Shown: positions 20,000 to 30,461 of the stretch, in pieces | Layout of the letters: each line of letters starts with the position of its first letter | How positions within the stretch are numbered: position 1 is the first letter of the stretch | Virus record (IMG/VR): IMGVR_UViG_3300036795_000143 | Location: 1 to 64,000 of that record | Source of the DNA: a virus | Reading direction: 5' to 3' (one strand) | Length of the DNA: 64,000 nucleotides | Made by a program: the position numbers and the translations under genes | Notes under the pieces: model-generated | Seen by the model: the letters and a program-made list of their open reading frames with translations, nothing else | What the model was told of the DNA's origin: nothing | Database searches by the model: none

Positions 20000-21541
20000 C
20001 TAAATGAGATTCACGGTCGCTATGGTGTTATTAGTAAGTTCGGTGTCCGCGAGGTCGCTATGGGTGAGGACCACTGAAAGGGCCCTCGGTGGCCACGGCC
20101 GGGCGGGTGGGAAGAACTTGACTTCGGTCCCGGTGCCAGTAATGGCCAGCGCGACCAGCGCGCTAGTAGCGACGGTTTTACGTGCAGTGCCGGCGTTCGA
20201 CAGTCCGAGGGTGCACACCGCGCTGGTTATCGCGACCTTGCGGACGGGACCAGCGAGGCCGACCAAACCGAAATAGCTAGTGGATTTGTTTTCCTGACCA
20301 GCGTGCGTGGCGGATAAGCCGATAGCGCACAAACCGGCGACAACAGCGGCTTTGCGGTCGACTGCGGTAGCGGCAGCGCCGAACGCGGCGGCGCCACGCT
20401 GCGGTGCGGTCTTGCGTTCCGTCGCGGTGGTGGCCAACCCGAGTGCGGCGGCACCAGCAGTGGCCGCAAGCTTTCGGTCGATGGCCGAGCTGGTGAGACC
20501 GAGGGCCGCGCGGCCGGTTTCCGCAGTGGTTTTCGCTGCGGTGCCCGAGCTGGCCAACCCGAGCGCGGCGCGGCCGGTGATCGGGGCTGTCTTGTGCGGT
20601 GTCCCGGTGCCCGCCAGGCCCAGCGAGCTGGCGCCGGCCTGCGCGGCGGTGCGGTGCTCAACACTGGTCGACGTCGCACCCAGGGCGCCCGTACCGGCTT
20701 GCACCGCTCGTTTGGTGTCGACAGCACTGGTCGCGAGCCCCACCGCGCCACGACCAACTTGCGGGGCGGCTTTGCGGTCGATACCGGTACCGGCGAGGCC
20801 GAGTGCGCAACTGCCGCCGGTGGGAGCAACTTTCGCCCCGATGCCGGTCGCCGCTAAACCGATCGGGGTTTGACCGCTTTCGGCGACCGCTGTCTGCGGA
20901 AGGATTTCCAGCGCTGCGCTAACGGACGTCGTTGAGGACCCGAACGTGCCACCGAATGTGGTAGCACCGGGAGTGCCCGTCGCTGACGTCGATTTCCAGC
21001 TGACCGCATAAGCGTTGTTCGTGGTATCAGTGAACGCCGGGGTGATCAGCGTTGTGGCCGCGTTCGGGGTGAGCGCACTGCTGTTGTTCCAGTTATCCGC
21101 GATGCCGTAAACAACCGAGCCGGTTTGGGTGGTTGTTACCGAAAATGTGCCAACAGTCGATGACGACCCGGTGTTACGGCTCCCGCTGCCCGCGCCGGAT
21201 TGCGAGGTCGCCGCACCGGTGAGGACCCGGACCGCAATGTATTCGTCACCAGCGTTATTGGTGAACGCGGCGGTGACCGTGATAGAACCGGGTGCGGTGG
21301 TCAACTGGCACAGGTAAATACCGACCGTGCCGTGACCAACAACCGGTGTGATCCCAGCGGTCCAGGTATGGCTACCGGAGTCGGAGACGCTGATGGTTTC
21401 GTTGCTGCCCGAACTGAAACCACCGGAGACGATAGCGACCAGCAGTGAGTTAGCCGGCGGGCTAAATGAGGCTGTAACGACCGAGCCGACAGCAGTCTTA
21501 GAGACTACTGCCGGTGTGGAACCGTCCTCTGTGATAGCCAT
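20000..21541 (-). CDS. Virion protein: Ser/Thr-rich globular N-terminal domain plus the same 20-aa repeats
   Basis: About 13 repeats shared with 16230..18149. Confidence 0.7.
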   Translation of the reverse strand: MAITEDGSTPAVVSKTAVGSVVTASFSPPANSLLVAIVSGGFSSGSNETISVSDSGSHTWTAGITPVVGHGTVGIYLCQLTTAPGSITVTAAFTNNAGDEYIAVRVLTGAATSQSGAGSGSRNTGSSSTVGTFSVTTTQTGSVVYGIADNWNNSSALTPNAATTLITPAFTDTTNNAYAVSWKSTSATGTPGATTFGGTFGSSTTSVSAALEILPQTAVAESGQTPIGLAATGIGAKVAPTGGSCALGLAGTGIDRKAAPQVGRGAVGLATSAVDTKRAVQAGTGALGATSTSVEHRTAAQAGASSLGLAGTGTPHKTAPITGRAALGLASSGTAAKTTAETGRAALGLTSSAIDRKLAATAGAAALGLATTATERKTAPQRGAAAFGAAATAVDRKAAVVAGLCAIGLSATHAGQENKSTSYFGLVGLAGPVRKVAITSAVCTLGLSNAGTARKTVATSALVALAITGTGTEVKFFPPARPWPPRALSVVLTHSDLADTELTNNTIATVNLI

Positions 21542-21556
21542 CAGCCACCCCCAGAG

Positions 21557-21982
21557 TTAGTGGTCAATAGCCTCGAAAGAAACCTCATAAACCTCATCGA
21601 TAATGCGTTCCACATAGCCGGTGATCGGGTCGGTTAGCTCCGCTTGGATGACAACCAGGGGGCAACGCCAGTTCAGGGTTTGTGTGGGTGTGACGTGCAG
21701 CTGGACCTGGTCGGGCACAGCGCCGCCGGCTACCGCTGTGCCTTGGGTACCGGTGGGAGTGGTGTCCCACTCCGCGACGATCGGGTTGTACATGCGGAAC
21801 CGGTAAGGCACTGATTGCCTACCGAGGACAACGCGTTCGTAACGGGCCCTGGCCACGGCGTGCACACTGCATCCGGTGACGTCCATGGAAAGACCGGTAC
21901 GAACATTGATAATGCTGTTTGCTTCGATCCAACAATCGACACCTTGGCGAATAACACCACCAGCGCCGGTGTGCGGGGCCAT
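21557..21982 (-). CDS. Minor tail/baseplate protein
   Basis: I.QG.D...DVTG....A..R pattern; position. Confidence 0.5.
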   Translation of the reverse strand: MAPHTGAGGVIRQGVDCWIEANSIINVRTGLSMDVTGCSVHAVARARYERVVLGRQSVPYRFRMYNPIVAEWDTTPTGTQGTAVAGGAVPDQVQLHVTPTQTLNWRCPLVVIQAELTDPITGYVERIIDEVYEVSFEAIDH

Positions 21983-22491
21983 TAGAAGTCACCGATAATG
22001 GTCGACGGACCGAGGTTGGTAACAGTGATCGCGGTGGCGACAGCCGCGTTAATGTTTCCCGTGCCAGCCTGGCGAACCATGGTGCCGGCGAAATAATCCA
22101 ATTCGGCGGTAGTGGTCTTGTAAAGAACCGACAAATGCCCGTGGTTGATGCCCGGCGACACGTACACACCGAACGCGATGTCCTCGGCGACGATGGTGCC
22201 GGACACACTGGTCAACCGGATTTTCATATCAACATCTGTCGCCGCCACGCTCACCGTAAAACACGCGAAAAAGTCAATAAGGAAAACGCTGTTCGCGGCC
22301 ATCGACAGGGTTTGTGTATCGACCACGATCGTTTCGATGGTGACGATGTTGGAGCTGGGTCCGGTGCGCCGTTTGCCACCGAGAATGCCCAGGCCGTCGA
22401 TCGCCTGGGCGAGGTTGCCGACCGCCAACGGGCCGCTCGGGAGATCCGCCAACGCGGGGTACGGCAAGCCGAGTTTAGACGTGTTCGGCAT
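21982..22491 (-). CDS. Minor tail protein
   Basis: T.KLGLPYP...D.P....LA.AID N-terminus, typical of actinophage minor tail proteins. Confidence 0.7.
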   Translation of the reverse strand: MPNTSKLGLPYPALADLPSGPLAVGNLAQAIDGLGILGGKRRTGPSSNIVTIETIVVDTQTLSMAANSVFLIDFFACFTVSVAATDVDMKIRLTSVSGTIVAEDIAFGVYVSPGINHGHLSVLYKTTTAELDYFAGTMVRQAGTGNINAAVATAITVTNLGPSTIIGDF

Positions 22492-22499
22492 GCGCTACC

Positions 22500-23741
22500 T
22501 CATATCGAATAGGTGACTTGAATGTAAGGCCGGGTTGCAGCGCCGAAACCGAACCCTCGGAAACCGGTAGCCGAGTCCGAGAAGTTGTACGAGCCACCGA
22601 GCACGCTGTTCGCGTTATTCGACAAGATGTTGACCATTTGCGAGGAAATGTCGAAGCCCGCCCAGCCGGGAATGTTCCACAGGTTCTTAATGTCCTGGCC
22701 GCCGAACCCGTTGTTGGGGAACGTCGCGGCGATGCTCGACGTGGTGCTCCATTGGTAAGTCAGGTCCGCTGGACTAGACGATGCGGCGAACGCATTCAGG
22801 AACATTTCGGCGGAAAGGATCGTCGCGCCAGCAAGATCGGATCGCATTGTCGAAGCGGGGAAAGTCCACATATGCGCTTCGTTACCGAATGAACGGCCCG
22901 ACAGTGACCAGGTGTACATATTGTTGTCCTGGTCGGTGCCACCGATAGGGTTCCCGTTGTGGTCGTAGGAACGGGAACCGGTAGCCGTGTAGATCTTAAT
23001 AAAGGTGTTAGCGCCACCGAAGGTGCCCAGCTCGGAAATGCGCAGCCACGATCCTTGTCCGAGGGTGGCTGCGGTAGATCCACTGTCGAGCCCGACGCGG
23101 AGTTGCAAGAGGCCGGGGGTGTCCGTGGTCGCGAACCATCCCCACATACCACCCACCTGGAGGCCGCTGGTGCCGCCATACGACAGAGTCGCGGTGTCCC
23201 CGTAGGCGTTGAGAGCGACGACGTTGACACCATTGACAACGGTGCCGGTGGTGAGGCCGTACATTCCCCACTTCGCGGCCATATTCGCCGGACCGTTGAA
23301 AGCGAACTTGATGTCTGACGATGAGTTTGCGGTGACGAAGATGGCGCCGTCGATACTGTATTGCGTGTTCTCGTTGACGAGGAAGTTGAGGATCCCGGCG
23401 TCGATCAGCGTGGTGGTGGGGACGGCGAGGTCACCGACCAGCGATCGGTAACGAATGGGGTCAATGAGGGTGACCGCCGAGGCGCTACCCAGCATTCCCA
23501 TCACAATGTAACCGGCTGGACCTTTGGCCAATAAAACGGTGCCCACGGTCAGGCCATTAGGTGAGACGACGGGCAGATTCCGGTAGGTGACCGGCCCTAC
23601 GATGACGGTGTTGGAAAAGGAAACGGCGTCCCATTGGGTCATCACGCCACCGACCCAGTTCTGTGCCAACGTTGGATCCGGCGGCACAGAAGATGGGGTG
23701 ATGAATAGGCGCGTCAGGCTAAACGCATCAGGCACGGTCAC
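22500..23741 (-). CDS. Minor tail / receptor-binding protein
   Basis: Position after the DUF5047-like gene; beta-rich; RP...VTY C-terminus. Confidence 0.65.
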   Translation of the reverse strand: MTVPDAFSLTRLFITPSSVPPDPTLAQNWVGGVMTQWDAVSFSNTVIVGPVTYRNLPVVSPNGLTVGTVLLAKGPAGYIVMGMLGSASAVTLIDPIRYRSLVGDLAVPTTTLIDAGILNFLVNENTQYSIDGAIFVTANSSSDIKFAFNGPANMAAKWGMYGLTTGTVVNGVNVVALNAYGDTATLSYGGTSGLQVGGMWGWFATTDTPGLLQLRVGLDSGSTAATLGQGSWLRISELGTFGGANTFIKIYTATGSRSYDHNGNPIGGTDQDNNMYTWSLSGRSFGNEAHMWTFPASTMRSDLAGATILSAEMFLNAFAASSSPADLTYQWSTTSSIAATFPNNGFGGQDIKNLWNIPGWAGFDISSQMVNILSNNANSVLGGSYNFSDSATGFRGFGFGAATRPYIQVTYSI

Positions 23742-23755
23742 GTCGTGAGCCTCAT

Positions 23756-24127
23756 TCAGCTGGCCGCTAGGACTAGTACCGCGACGCGGTAGGTAATGGT
23801 GGGGCTCCCGGTCCCGGTGACCGTCGAGGTGACACGCATATCACCACCGGCGTTGAGTGCAGCGTTAACAGCTGCACTTCCAGGGCCGGACAACACCGTC
23901 GTTTCGGTCCCGGGAACGGTAGTCCAGCTTGTACCGCCATCAGTCGAGATCTCAAAAGAACATACTAACGACGGCGAGCCGCTGGATTCGCTTGCGTATA
24001 CGAGCAGTTCGGTTGCCTCGAAATTGAGGTCGGTATTGTTGATTAAATCGGATGTGTAGATGCCAGGGCCACGGGCGCCGGACGCGATGGCGAGAGCACC
24101 GGTCATACCTCTATAGGTAACAGTCAT
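23756..24127 (-). CDS. Small beta-sandwich virion protein, paralog of 31961..32317
   Basis: GSP.L....E.S.D...WT...RV..TV. Confidence 0.6.
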   Translation of the reverse strand: MTVTYRGMTGALAIASGARGPGIYTSDLINNTDLNFEATELLVYASESSGSPSLVCSFEISTDGGTSWTTVPGTETTVLSGPGSAAVNAALNAGGDMRVTSTVTGTGSPTITYRVAVLVLAAS

Positions 24128-24139
24128 AATTGTTCCTCT

Positions 24140-25339
24140 TCACAAGATCCCGAGGCCCAGCGAAAGGCCCTCAGTGGCGGTCGGGATTCGGGTGGTGATC
24201 GTCCCCGGCACGTTCGCTTTGAGTGGGATCACAATGGTGTCGAGCATGCAGCGGAACGGTTTGAAATCCGGCCGCAGGATGACGTCTAGGGGGTCGTTGC
24301 ATTCCAGCGCGGGGTTGGGCACCACCTGCATTGTGAACGTCAGGGGCAGGGCGATGTACCGACGTAGGAGCACCTCACCGGCGAGTTCCACATCTCCATC
24401 GGTTTGGAGCAGCGGGGATGAGTAGTACGTCGGACTGGGGCCGAATTGCGGGTACGTGATTTTGTTCCACGCTAACGGCGAGTTGCTGTCAGCGTTGAAA
24501 GTCGCTATGAAGTCGGTGATGCTAGACGGATCCGATCCGTAAGCAGTCACGATATTGTGGACGTCGGTTCTTTTCACTGATCGCTTCGTGCTGATAATCG
24601 CGCCATCAGCACCACCGTGTAATGTCGCGACAGCGTGGGAAAAATCGAACTTGAGACTGTAGACAAGCATTTCGCCGTTCGTGGTGAAACGGATCCCCGC
24701 GTAATAGAATTTGATCAGCTGGGCGAGGTAGGCGTAAGCGTCGTCCTCCACGATCTGGTCCCCGATGATCAGAGTCGCATCAGGGTCATAACCGGTCCAG
24801 CTGATCGGCATCCGCGCGTAGAGGTACATCCCGTAACCATCGGGGCTCAATCCCGGATAAGTGGCCTGCTGCGGGATGGCAATACCATTGACGAGCCTTT
24901 GGAAAACGTTGCGGTGGGAGTCCCCGTTATTCAACGGCAGCGGGAAGACTAACTTATTTTGTTGTAGCTGGGCGGTGCGGTCCAAGCAAGTCAGGGTGAT
25001 CGGGCCAAATGGCGCGGAGTCCTGGGATGCCTGTTCGATGCGGTGGTATCCGAGGCCCACATACTCGACGTCACCGGGACCGAATTCGATGCCCCGTTCG
25101 ATGAAAATTTCCTGGCCGAACGGTTGCACGTCATCCCAGAATTCAGCGGGCACGGTAATCGTTAACGTGCTCTTAATATCTGACAGGGATTGGATCGTTA
25201 CATTGCCGTCAACGACCGGTAGGTCGGTTCCCGTCGGGCTCAAACCGAACTGCGGCACCGGGTTGCACAACGTCGCCCGGACAGCCATCTTGTGCGGTCC
25301 CTGCAACGCCGCCAGGAACCGACCCGAAACCGAGTGCAT
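24140..25339 (-). CDS. Minor tail protein (DUF5047-like)
   Basis: VS.RFL.AL..H, L.V.DG.VT, P.G.E..IERG, YSSPL, PNPALE..D. Confidence 0.75.
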   Translation of the reverse strand: MHSVSGRFLAALQGPHKMAVRATLCNPVPQFGLSPTGTDLPVVDGNVTIQSLSDIKSTLTITVPAEFWDDVQPFGQEIFIERGIEFGPGDVEYVGLGYHRIEQASQDSAPFGPITLTCLDRTAQLQQNKLVFPLPLNNGDSHRNVFQRLVNGIAIPQQATYPGLSPDGYGMYLYARMPISWTGYDPDATLIIGDQIVEDDAYAYLAQLIKFYYAGIRFTTNGEMLVYSLKFDFSHAVATLHGGADGAIISTKRSVKRTDVHNIVTAYGSDPSSITDFIATFNADSNSPLAWNKITYPQFGPSPTYYSSPLLQTDGDVELAGEVLLRRYIALPLTFTMQVVPNPALECNDPLDVILRPDFKPFRCMLDTIVIPLKANVPGTITTRIPTATEGLSLGLGIL

Positions 25340-25602
25340 CAGGGGGCCTTCGTACGCGTCTTGACTCCGTTGCCGTCGAGCCATTCGATTCGCGTGCCGT
25401 ACTCGGGATGGCCGTGCACCTCATAGAAGTCTTCCCAGTTACGCCACACCGAATGGGACCGGTATTTCCCAGTCCAACGGCACACGACGGTGCCGTCAGT
25501 GAAAACGATCCCCTCGTAGTCGGGCGCCTCGCCTGATTGGGTGAGGTCCTTCGCTACGTACTCAGCTGGGGGTGTCGCCCGGAAACCCTGAAAACGCCAC
25601 AT
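25339..25602 (-). CDS. Small conserved phage protein inserted in the tail genes
   Basis: EG.VF.DG.V..RW....S...W......VHGH...T.I.W. Confidence 0.65.
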   Translation of the reverse strand: MWRFQGFRATPPAEYVAKDLTQSGEAPDYEGIVFTDGTVVCRWTGKYRSHSVWRNWEDFYEVHGHPEYGTRIEWLDGNGVKTRTKAP

Positions 25603-25630
25603 GACGAACCCCTCTAGTGTGCGAAAGGAA

Positions 25631-27040
25631 TCAGATACCGACCAGCGCATCAGCCGGCGTGCCACTTAGGGCCAGCACCGAAGTCCACGTGGCGTTAGCG
25701 TTAATGACGTCTTGCCAAGTGCTGTAGTCGGTGATTAGCGTGGCCCACGTGACGGTGTTACCGACGACTGTCAAGCTGGGTTGACTCACTTCGGTCAATG
25801 GAATGGTGAACGTTGCCCGGTGGCTAATGTGCGAGGGCCGCACATACTGGTAGGTCCCGATACCCGCATACATGGTTTTCAAGGCGACATTCGGTGGGAT
25901 ATGGAGCAACAAAACCATGCCCAGTGACAACACCAGGTCCACGGCGGCCAGCTCGTTGTCGTCTTGGACGAACAACTCAATGGTCACAGTCCGGGGCACG
26001 TGCGTGTCGGTCGCAGCGATAGCAGTGTGCTTCGCGGTGACGGTGTAGAAGCCCACGCGGGTGGTGCGTTCGAACTCATGCCAGTCAATCAATAACACTG
26101 ACCGATTCAGGTACGGGGCCGAAACGAACTTCAACCACACCTGCGACATGTTCGGGATGATCGTGTTCACGGTGCGGGTGACATACGGTGCCGGGCGTAA
26201 CGCCACGGCGGCGCCGTAGCTGATAGCCGCTGCACCACCGGTCACGACGAACGCACCGGAGCTGACCCCGACCGGGGTCGCCATCAGCTGGTAATCCCAC
26301 ACCTCACCCGCGTCGTTGCCTGCGGTCGCAGCGGGCTCGCCGATCTCAACCGGCCCCCCGGTGATGGTCGCCACCGAGGTCCAGTCGTCCTGTTTCCACC
26401 CGAGGATCAGCGCGGCGACCCAGTTGGATTCGATCGCGCTCAACGCGGGGTAGGTGATGTTCTGTGCGCTCGGGTTCAGTTGCCACGCCGTAGCGGCCGG
26501 GACAATGTCAAGGTTGCGGAAACATGCCATCTGCGCGATCACGTCGGCATTGGCGACACCGCCAGTGATGGTCACTACGGGGGCGGATTCCGAGCTGGTG
26601 GCCCGTCGACCGAGCAACGCGATGTTGTCGGTTTGGAACATCGCGGTCCACCCGGCGGGGACCACGATCGAACCGGCACCGGAGTTGCGGATACTTGCCC
26701 AGATGGTGAGCAGGTCACCCTCAGCCCAGCCCGCCGGCAATGTCGGTGTTACCGATGTGTTGACTCCGGTCACAGCCGTCGAGCTGGCCACGAAGGTGGG
26801 TGCGCCGGTGTCGACTGCGCTGATCCGGTAGAAGTTGGTCACGCCGGGTGCGAATTCGTAGTCGTACACGCTGGCGCTGTTACTGGCGATGGTGACGGCA
26901 CTGCCACCACGGACGGTCGTCCAATGGATTTGGTCGGTGGACACTTCGAATAGCGCAACGTCCGCTGTTGCCGGCAGCGAGGTTGCGGTGCACAACACTC
27001 GGCTGAGAATGTCGTCATAGGTGAGGGTGAGTGCAGCCAT
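25631..27040 (-). CDS. Distal-tail-like minor tail protein with an inserted domain
   Basis: Directly follows the TMP; VRG...DYE, TW..L..Y.TW C-terminus. Confidence 0.65.
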   Translation of the reverse strand: MAALTLTYDDILSRVLCTATSLPATADVALFEVSTDQIHWTTVRGGSAVTIASNSASVYDYEFAPGVTNFYRISAVDTGAPTFVASSTAVTGVNTSVTPTLPAGWAEGDLLTIWASIRNSGAGSIVVPAGWTAMFQTDNIALLGRRATSSESAPVVTITGGVANADVIAQMACFRNLDIVPAATAWQLNPSAQNITYPALSAIESNWVAALILGWKQDDWTSVATITGGPVEIGEPAATAGNDAGEVWDYQLMATPVGVSSGAFVVTGGAAAISYGAAVALRPAPYVTRTVNTIIPNMSQVWLKFVSAPYLNRSVLLIDWHEFERTTRVGFYTVTAKHTAIAATDTHVPRTVTIELFVQDDNELAAVDLVLSLGMVLLLHIPPNVALKTMYAGIGTYQYVRPSHISHRATFTIPLTEVSQPSLTVVGNTVTWATLITDYSTWQDVINANATWTSVLALSGTPADALVGI

Positions 27041-28273
27041 TTAGACGATCGACCCCCGGCCCATCCGCGCGGCGACGGCGATGCCTTGGCTCATGGCGCC
27101 GAGTTCGCTACTGACGATTTGCCGCAACTCGGTTTCCCCGATTTTGACGTTGACGTATGTGTGGCCACTGCCGCCGCTCATCGCCGAGTTGGGTTGGACG
27201 AATCCGTTACCACCCATGTGGAGGATCTCCGGTCCGCGTTCCCCCACTAGATAGGATTTGCCGCCCAGCACTGAACCGCCGCTGGCTTTCCCACCACCGA
27301 ATAGGCTGGAAAAGAACCCGCCGATACCGCTGATGATCCCGGAGAAGAACCCACCGATACCACCACCTGACGAGGTTCCACCGCTGCTGGAGCCACCAGA
27401 TCCGGCGACGCCTCCGATCGCACCGGCACCGCTGGTAATCGACCCGAGGCCCGCGAGGATCGGGGCGATGAAGTTCATGATGTTGGCGAGCCAACCAGCG
27501 AGTACCGATACCAGGGGAAGCAGTTCGATGAGGATGTTCGCGAACGCCGTGAACATCGTCAACATCGTGGGCATCATGTTTTCGATGATCGGCAGGATCT
27601 TGTCGCCCATACCAGCAAATGCACTCATCCAGTTCTGGATCGCCGCGATAACCTGCGGCTGCAACAGGAACTGAACTAGCTTTTCCCGCAGGTCCCCCAG
27701 TGATGTGGCGATACCACCGAGGCCCGTTCCGAGGATCGGAAAATACACCTGCGCGAGTTGGGTGACGTCACCGGAGAACCCAGCCCAAAAGCCTTGCTGA
27801 ATAATTCCATAAAGGTTTTTCAGTTGCGGCTCTAGGAGCCGGATTGACATGACCGCGTCTTTCATCGCGGGCGCCATATTTCGGGTAGCCGCAACAAAAT
27901 CAGCGGGACTAGCCGCGCTGATGGCGGCCGAGAAATTCGCCATCGCCATATGCGCGACGTTCATCGGATTGACCAGCGCTAACAGGAACCCGGGCATGAG
28001 AAGAAAGAGGCTGGCCAGCTTGCCGAACGCGGTGAAAATACCGTTCACTAACGGTTTGACGTTGCCCGTGAGAAGCGAGGTGAACATCTTGCCGATGCTC
28101 GCGACGCCCTGCCCGAGCTTACCGATCCCGACCGCAGCGGATTTCGTGGAACTCAGCAGGTTCGATACTGAGCCCTTGAAATTGATCATAATGTTGCGTT
28201 GGGTGGGCATGCCGCCGCTGGACGACGATCCGGACCCGCCGTAATTAGACAGCCCAGGTGAAGACATGACCAC
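27041..28273 (-). CDS. Tape measure protein (short, 410 aa)
   Basis: Amphipathic helical body; ASGG.V..G..YLVGERGPE; V.V.IG..EL. Confidence 0.75.
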   Translation of the reverse strand: MVMSSPGLSNYGGSGSSSSGGMPTQRNIMINFKGSVSNLLSSTKSAAVGIGKLGQGVASIGKMFTSLLTGNVKPLVNGIFTAFGKLASLFLLMPGFLLALVNPMNVAHMAMANFSAAISAASPADFVAATRNMAPAMKDAVMSIRLLEPQLKNLYGIIQQGFWAGFSGDVTQLAQVYFPILGTGLGGIATSLGDLREKLVQFLLQPQVIAAIQNWMSAFAGMGDKILPIIENMMPTMLTMFTAFANILIELLPLVSVLAGWLANIMNFIAPILAGLGSITSGAGAIGGVAGSGGSSSGGTSSGGGIGGFFSGIISGIGGFFSSLFGGGKASGGSVLGGKSYLVGERGPEILHMGGNGFVQPNSAMSGGSGHTYVNVKIGETELRQIVSSELGAMSQGIAVAARMGRGSIV

Positions 28274-28306
28274 CTCCCCGCTATTGAGTTATGCGCTTTA
28301 CCGCTT

Positions 28307-29506
28307 TTACCCCGAGTAGAACTTGGCCATGAGTGATGGGTGGTCGCTGTACAGGTCGCCGTCCTGGATCAGATTCGACCCGACCACTGGGTCATAACCC
28401 CGGGATTCGAAACCCGTCTTTGGCATATACGCGGTGTTGCCCGCCCAACTGCCACCCTCGGAACCGCCCAGCGAGTTGAAACCAGGGCCCGGTGTATTCG
28501 CACCGCTAGCGTCGTCTTGGGCGACGGTGGTAATCCCGCCGAGGTTGCTCCAAGCGCCATCGGTGTTACCTGCGGCTTCGTCCTGGCCCACAGTGCTGAC
28601 CCCGTCAATACCGGACCACACGGAATCATTGAAACCGTTGCCGTAGTTCGCTTCAGCTTGGGTTGGGAAATCGGAAGTGGAAGTAAGGGCATCTCCGGTG
28701 TCGCTGCCACCACCACCACCGGCGCCCCATCCGGACAGGGATTTATTCATGGCCTGGCTGACGGCCTGTTGACCGGCCGCGCCAGCTGGATCGTTCGGAT
28801 CCCACGGAGGCGCTCCGCTCATCGACATCGACGTGGTTTGTGTCCACGGGTTGATAGGCGCCCCGAACAGTGACCACCTGGCTGGGCCTGAGGCGTTACC
28901 AGTGGCGTCGTAGGAACCATAGGAACCACCGCTGGAGGAACCACCGTCGGAGGAAGAACCACCACCACCACCACCACCGCCGCCACCACCACCACCGAAA
29001 AAACCACCGCCGCCACCGTAAAAACCGAAAAGACCACCGCCGGAACTACCGGAACCGTTGCCGTAGGAGCCACCTTTGTAGGCGCCATCACCGTAGGTGG
29101 CACCGCTGTAGGAACCGCCGCCGTAGCCGGCACCGGAGAACCAGCTGGGTGGCTGCGCAGCCACCGGCGGGAGCGGCTCGGGGCCTTGCGTGGCCGTACT
29201 CTGGCTGGCGGATCCGATAGCGGTACGGGCATTGGTGAGGAGCCCTGGACCCAACGCGTCGTTGGACTTGGTTAATTGGGACAGGTTGCTTGGGTCCATT
29301 TCGGTGGTGAACGCGTCACCGTTGAGGACCGCACCGGGAACCGGGTCATCGAAAGGCTTAACGGTGGTACCGGCTACACCCTGGTTGAGGGTGACACCAG
29401 CAGGGAGGGCCGGCGAGTCGAACGTGTAAGCCTGGTTCGCTGCCGCGAGACCCGAGTCACCTTCCCACGCGTCCGCTTCGTACTGATCACTAAACGGACT
29501 GCTCAC
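28307..29506 (-). CDS. Gly/Ser-rich acidic low-complexity protein
   Basis: 399-aa ORF with a poly-Gly run, in the operon orientation. Confidence 0.6.
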   Translation of the reverse strand: MSSPFSDQYEADAWEGDSGLAAANQAYTFDSPALPAGVTLNQGVAGTTVKPFDDPVPGAVLNGDAFTTEMDPSNLSQLTKSNDALGPGLLTNARTAIGSASQSTATQGPEPLPPVAAQPPSWFSGAGYGGGSYSGATYGDGAYKGGSYGNGSGSSGGGLFGFYGGGGGFFGGGGGGGGGGGGGSSSDGGSSSGGSYGSYDATGNASGPARWSLFGAPINPWTQTTSMSMSGAPPWDPNDPAGAAGQQAVSQAMNKSLSGWGAGGGGGSDTGDALTSTSDFPTQAEANYGNGFNDSVWSGIDGVSTVGQDEAAGNTDGAWSNLGGITTVAQDDASGANTPGPGFNSLGGSEGGSWAGNTAYMPKTGFESRGYDPVVGSNLIQDGDLYSDHPSLMAKFYSG

Positions 29507-29509
29507 AAC

Positions 29510-29931
29510 TCACCCCGACATCTGACGGTCATCTTTATCGGTCTTTTTGCTCAGCAATTCCGATGCGGTGACGATGGTGCGCCAGTCCTGATCAGCCCAC
29601 ACATCAGGTGCGATACCGGTGGCCACTGCCAACGCAATGGTCAGCCGAGTCAAAGACCCGGCTGGGTAGGGTCCGCTGGCTCTGCCACCGGCTGAGTCGT
29701 CGGCTCTTCGAGGTCGACGCTGGTTTCCCATTCGGCTAGCGTCCCCGAGAAGAACCCTTGGCGTTTCGCTGCGACGTGCGTCACCGAATAAATGTCAGTG
29801 ATCCGGGGCTCATGTTCCAGCCTCGTAACAGTGTGGGTCCTATCGATTTTCTCCCAGAACACAATGTCGCGGCTTTTCACCGTGAGATCATACGGTTCAC
29901 CACTGTCTGGGGTTACCCGGAACGTGAACAT
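29510..29931 (-). CDS. Tail assembly chaperone pair (29650..29931 plus a -1 frame extension to 29510)
   Basis: First ORF ends ...ADPTQPGL*; the -1 frame reads PYPAGSLTRLTIAL...; lies upstream of the TMP. Confidence 0.65.
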
Positions 29932-30461
29932 CAGGTCGACGTGCCGATCACGACAACGGAATACCCCACCGACGTGCCCGAGCTGGAGTTAGCGACCTGG
30001 AGGAGATCTCCGGTGCCGGCGGTCACGGTGTAACCGATGGCGTCAGCGGTGCCCGCGAGCCACACCAGCGTCGCCCCCGGTCGCACAATCCCAGTGTGGG
30101 TGGTGGCACCGAATAGACCGGCGACGGCATTGGATGCCGCGCCACCAACAACAACGTTGTTCGTGTTCGTAGAGTCCGCTGAAATGAGCAGCAGCTTGAG
30201 CCGGGCCATGGTGATGGTCCCACCGAAGGGGTCCAGCAGCGACCCAGCGAGGTCGAGGGTTTCCGACGTCGAAGCGGCCAAGGTCCGGTGATCCCACCAC
30301 GACTTATCGGCTTGACCGGCGGCTGTGCCGCTCGCGAGGGCCACACCGTAATTGCTGGAAAGGTTCGCCGCTGACGCACCAGCATTAAGTGTGTTAGCGA
30401 GGTTGACCGCGACGGATAGCTGCACCACGGTACTCAGCGCGATTGCTGTGCTAGTAGCCAT
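29931..30461 (-). CDS. Virion structural protein
   Basis: GT.AGQAD..W...TL....E.LDL.G.L.D.FG. Confidence 0.6.
   Translation of the reverse strand: MATSTAIALSTVVQLSVAVNLANTLNAGASAANLSSNYGVALASGTAAGQADKSWWDHRTLAASTSETLDLAGSLLDPFGGTITMARLKLLLISADSTNTNNVVVGGAASNAVAGLFGATTHTGIVRPGATLVWLAGTADAIGYTVTAGTGDLLQVANSSSGTSVGYSVVVIGTST

Noticed and set aside
28960-29020. (CCA/CCG)n microsatellite as a contingency locus
   Set aside because: It is explained by poly-Gly codons of 28307..29506, and triplet slippage keeps the frame
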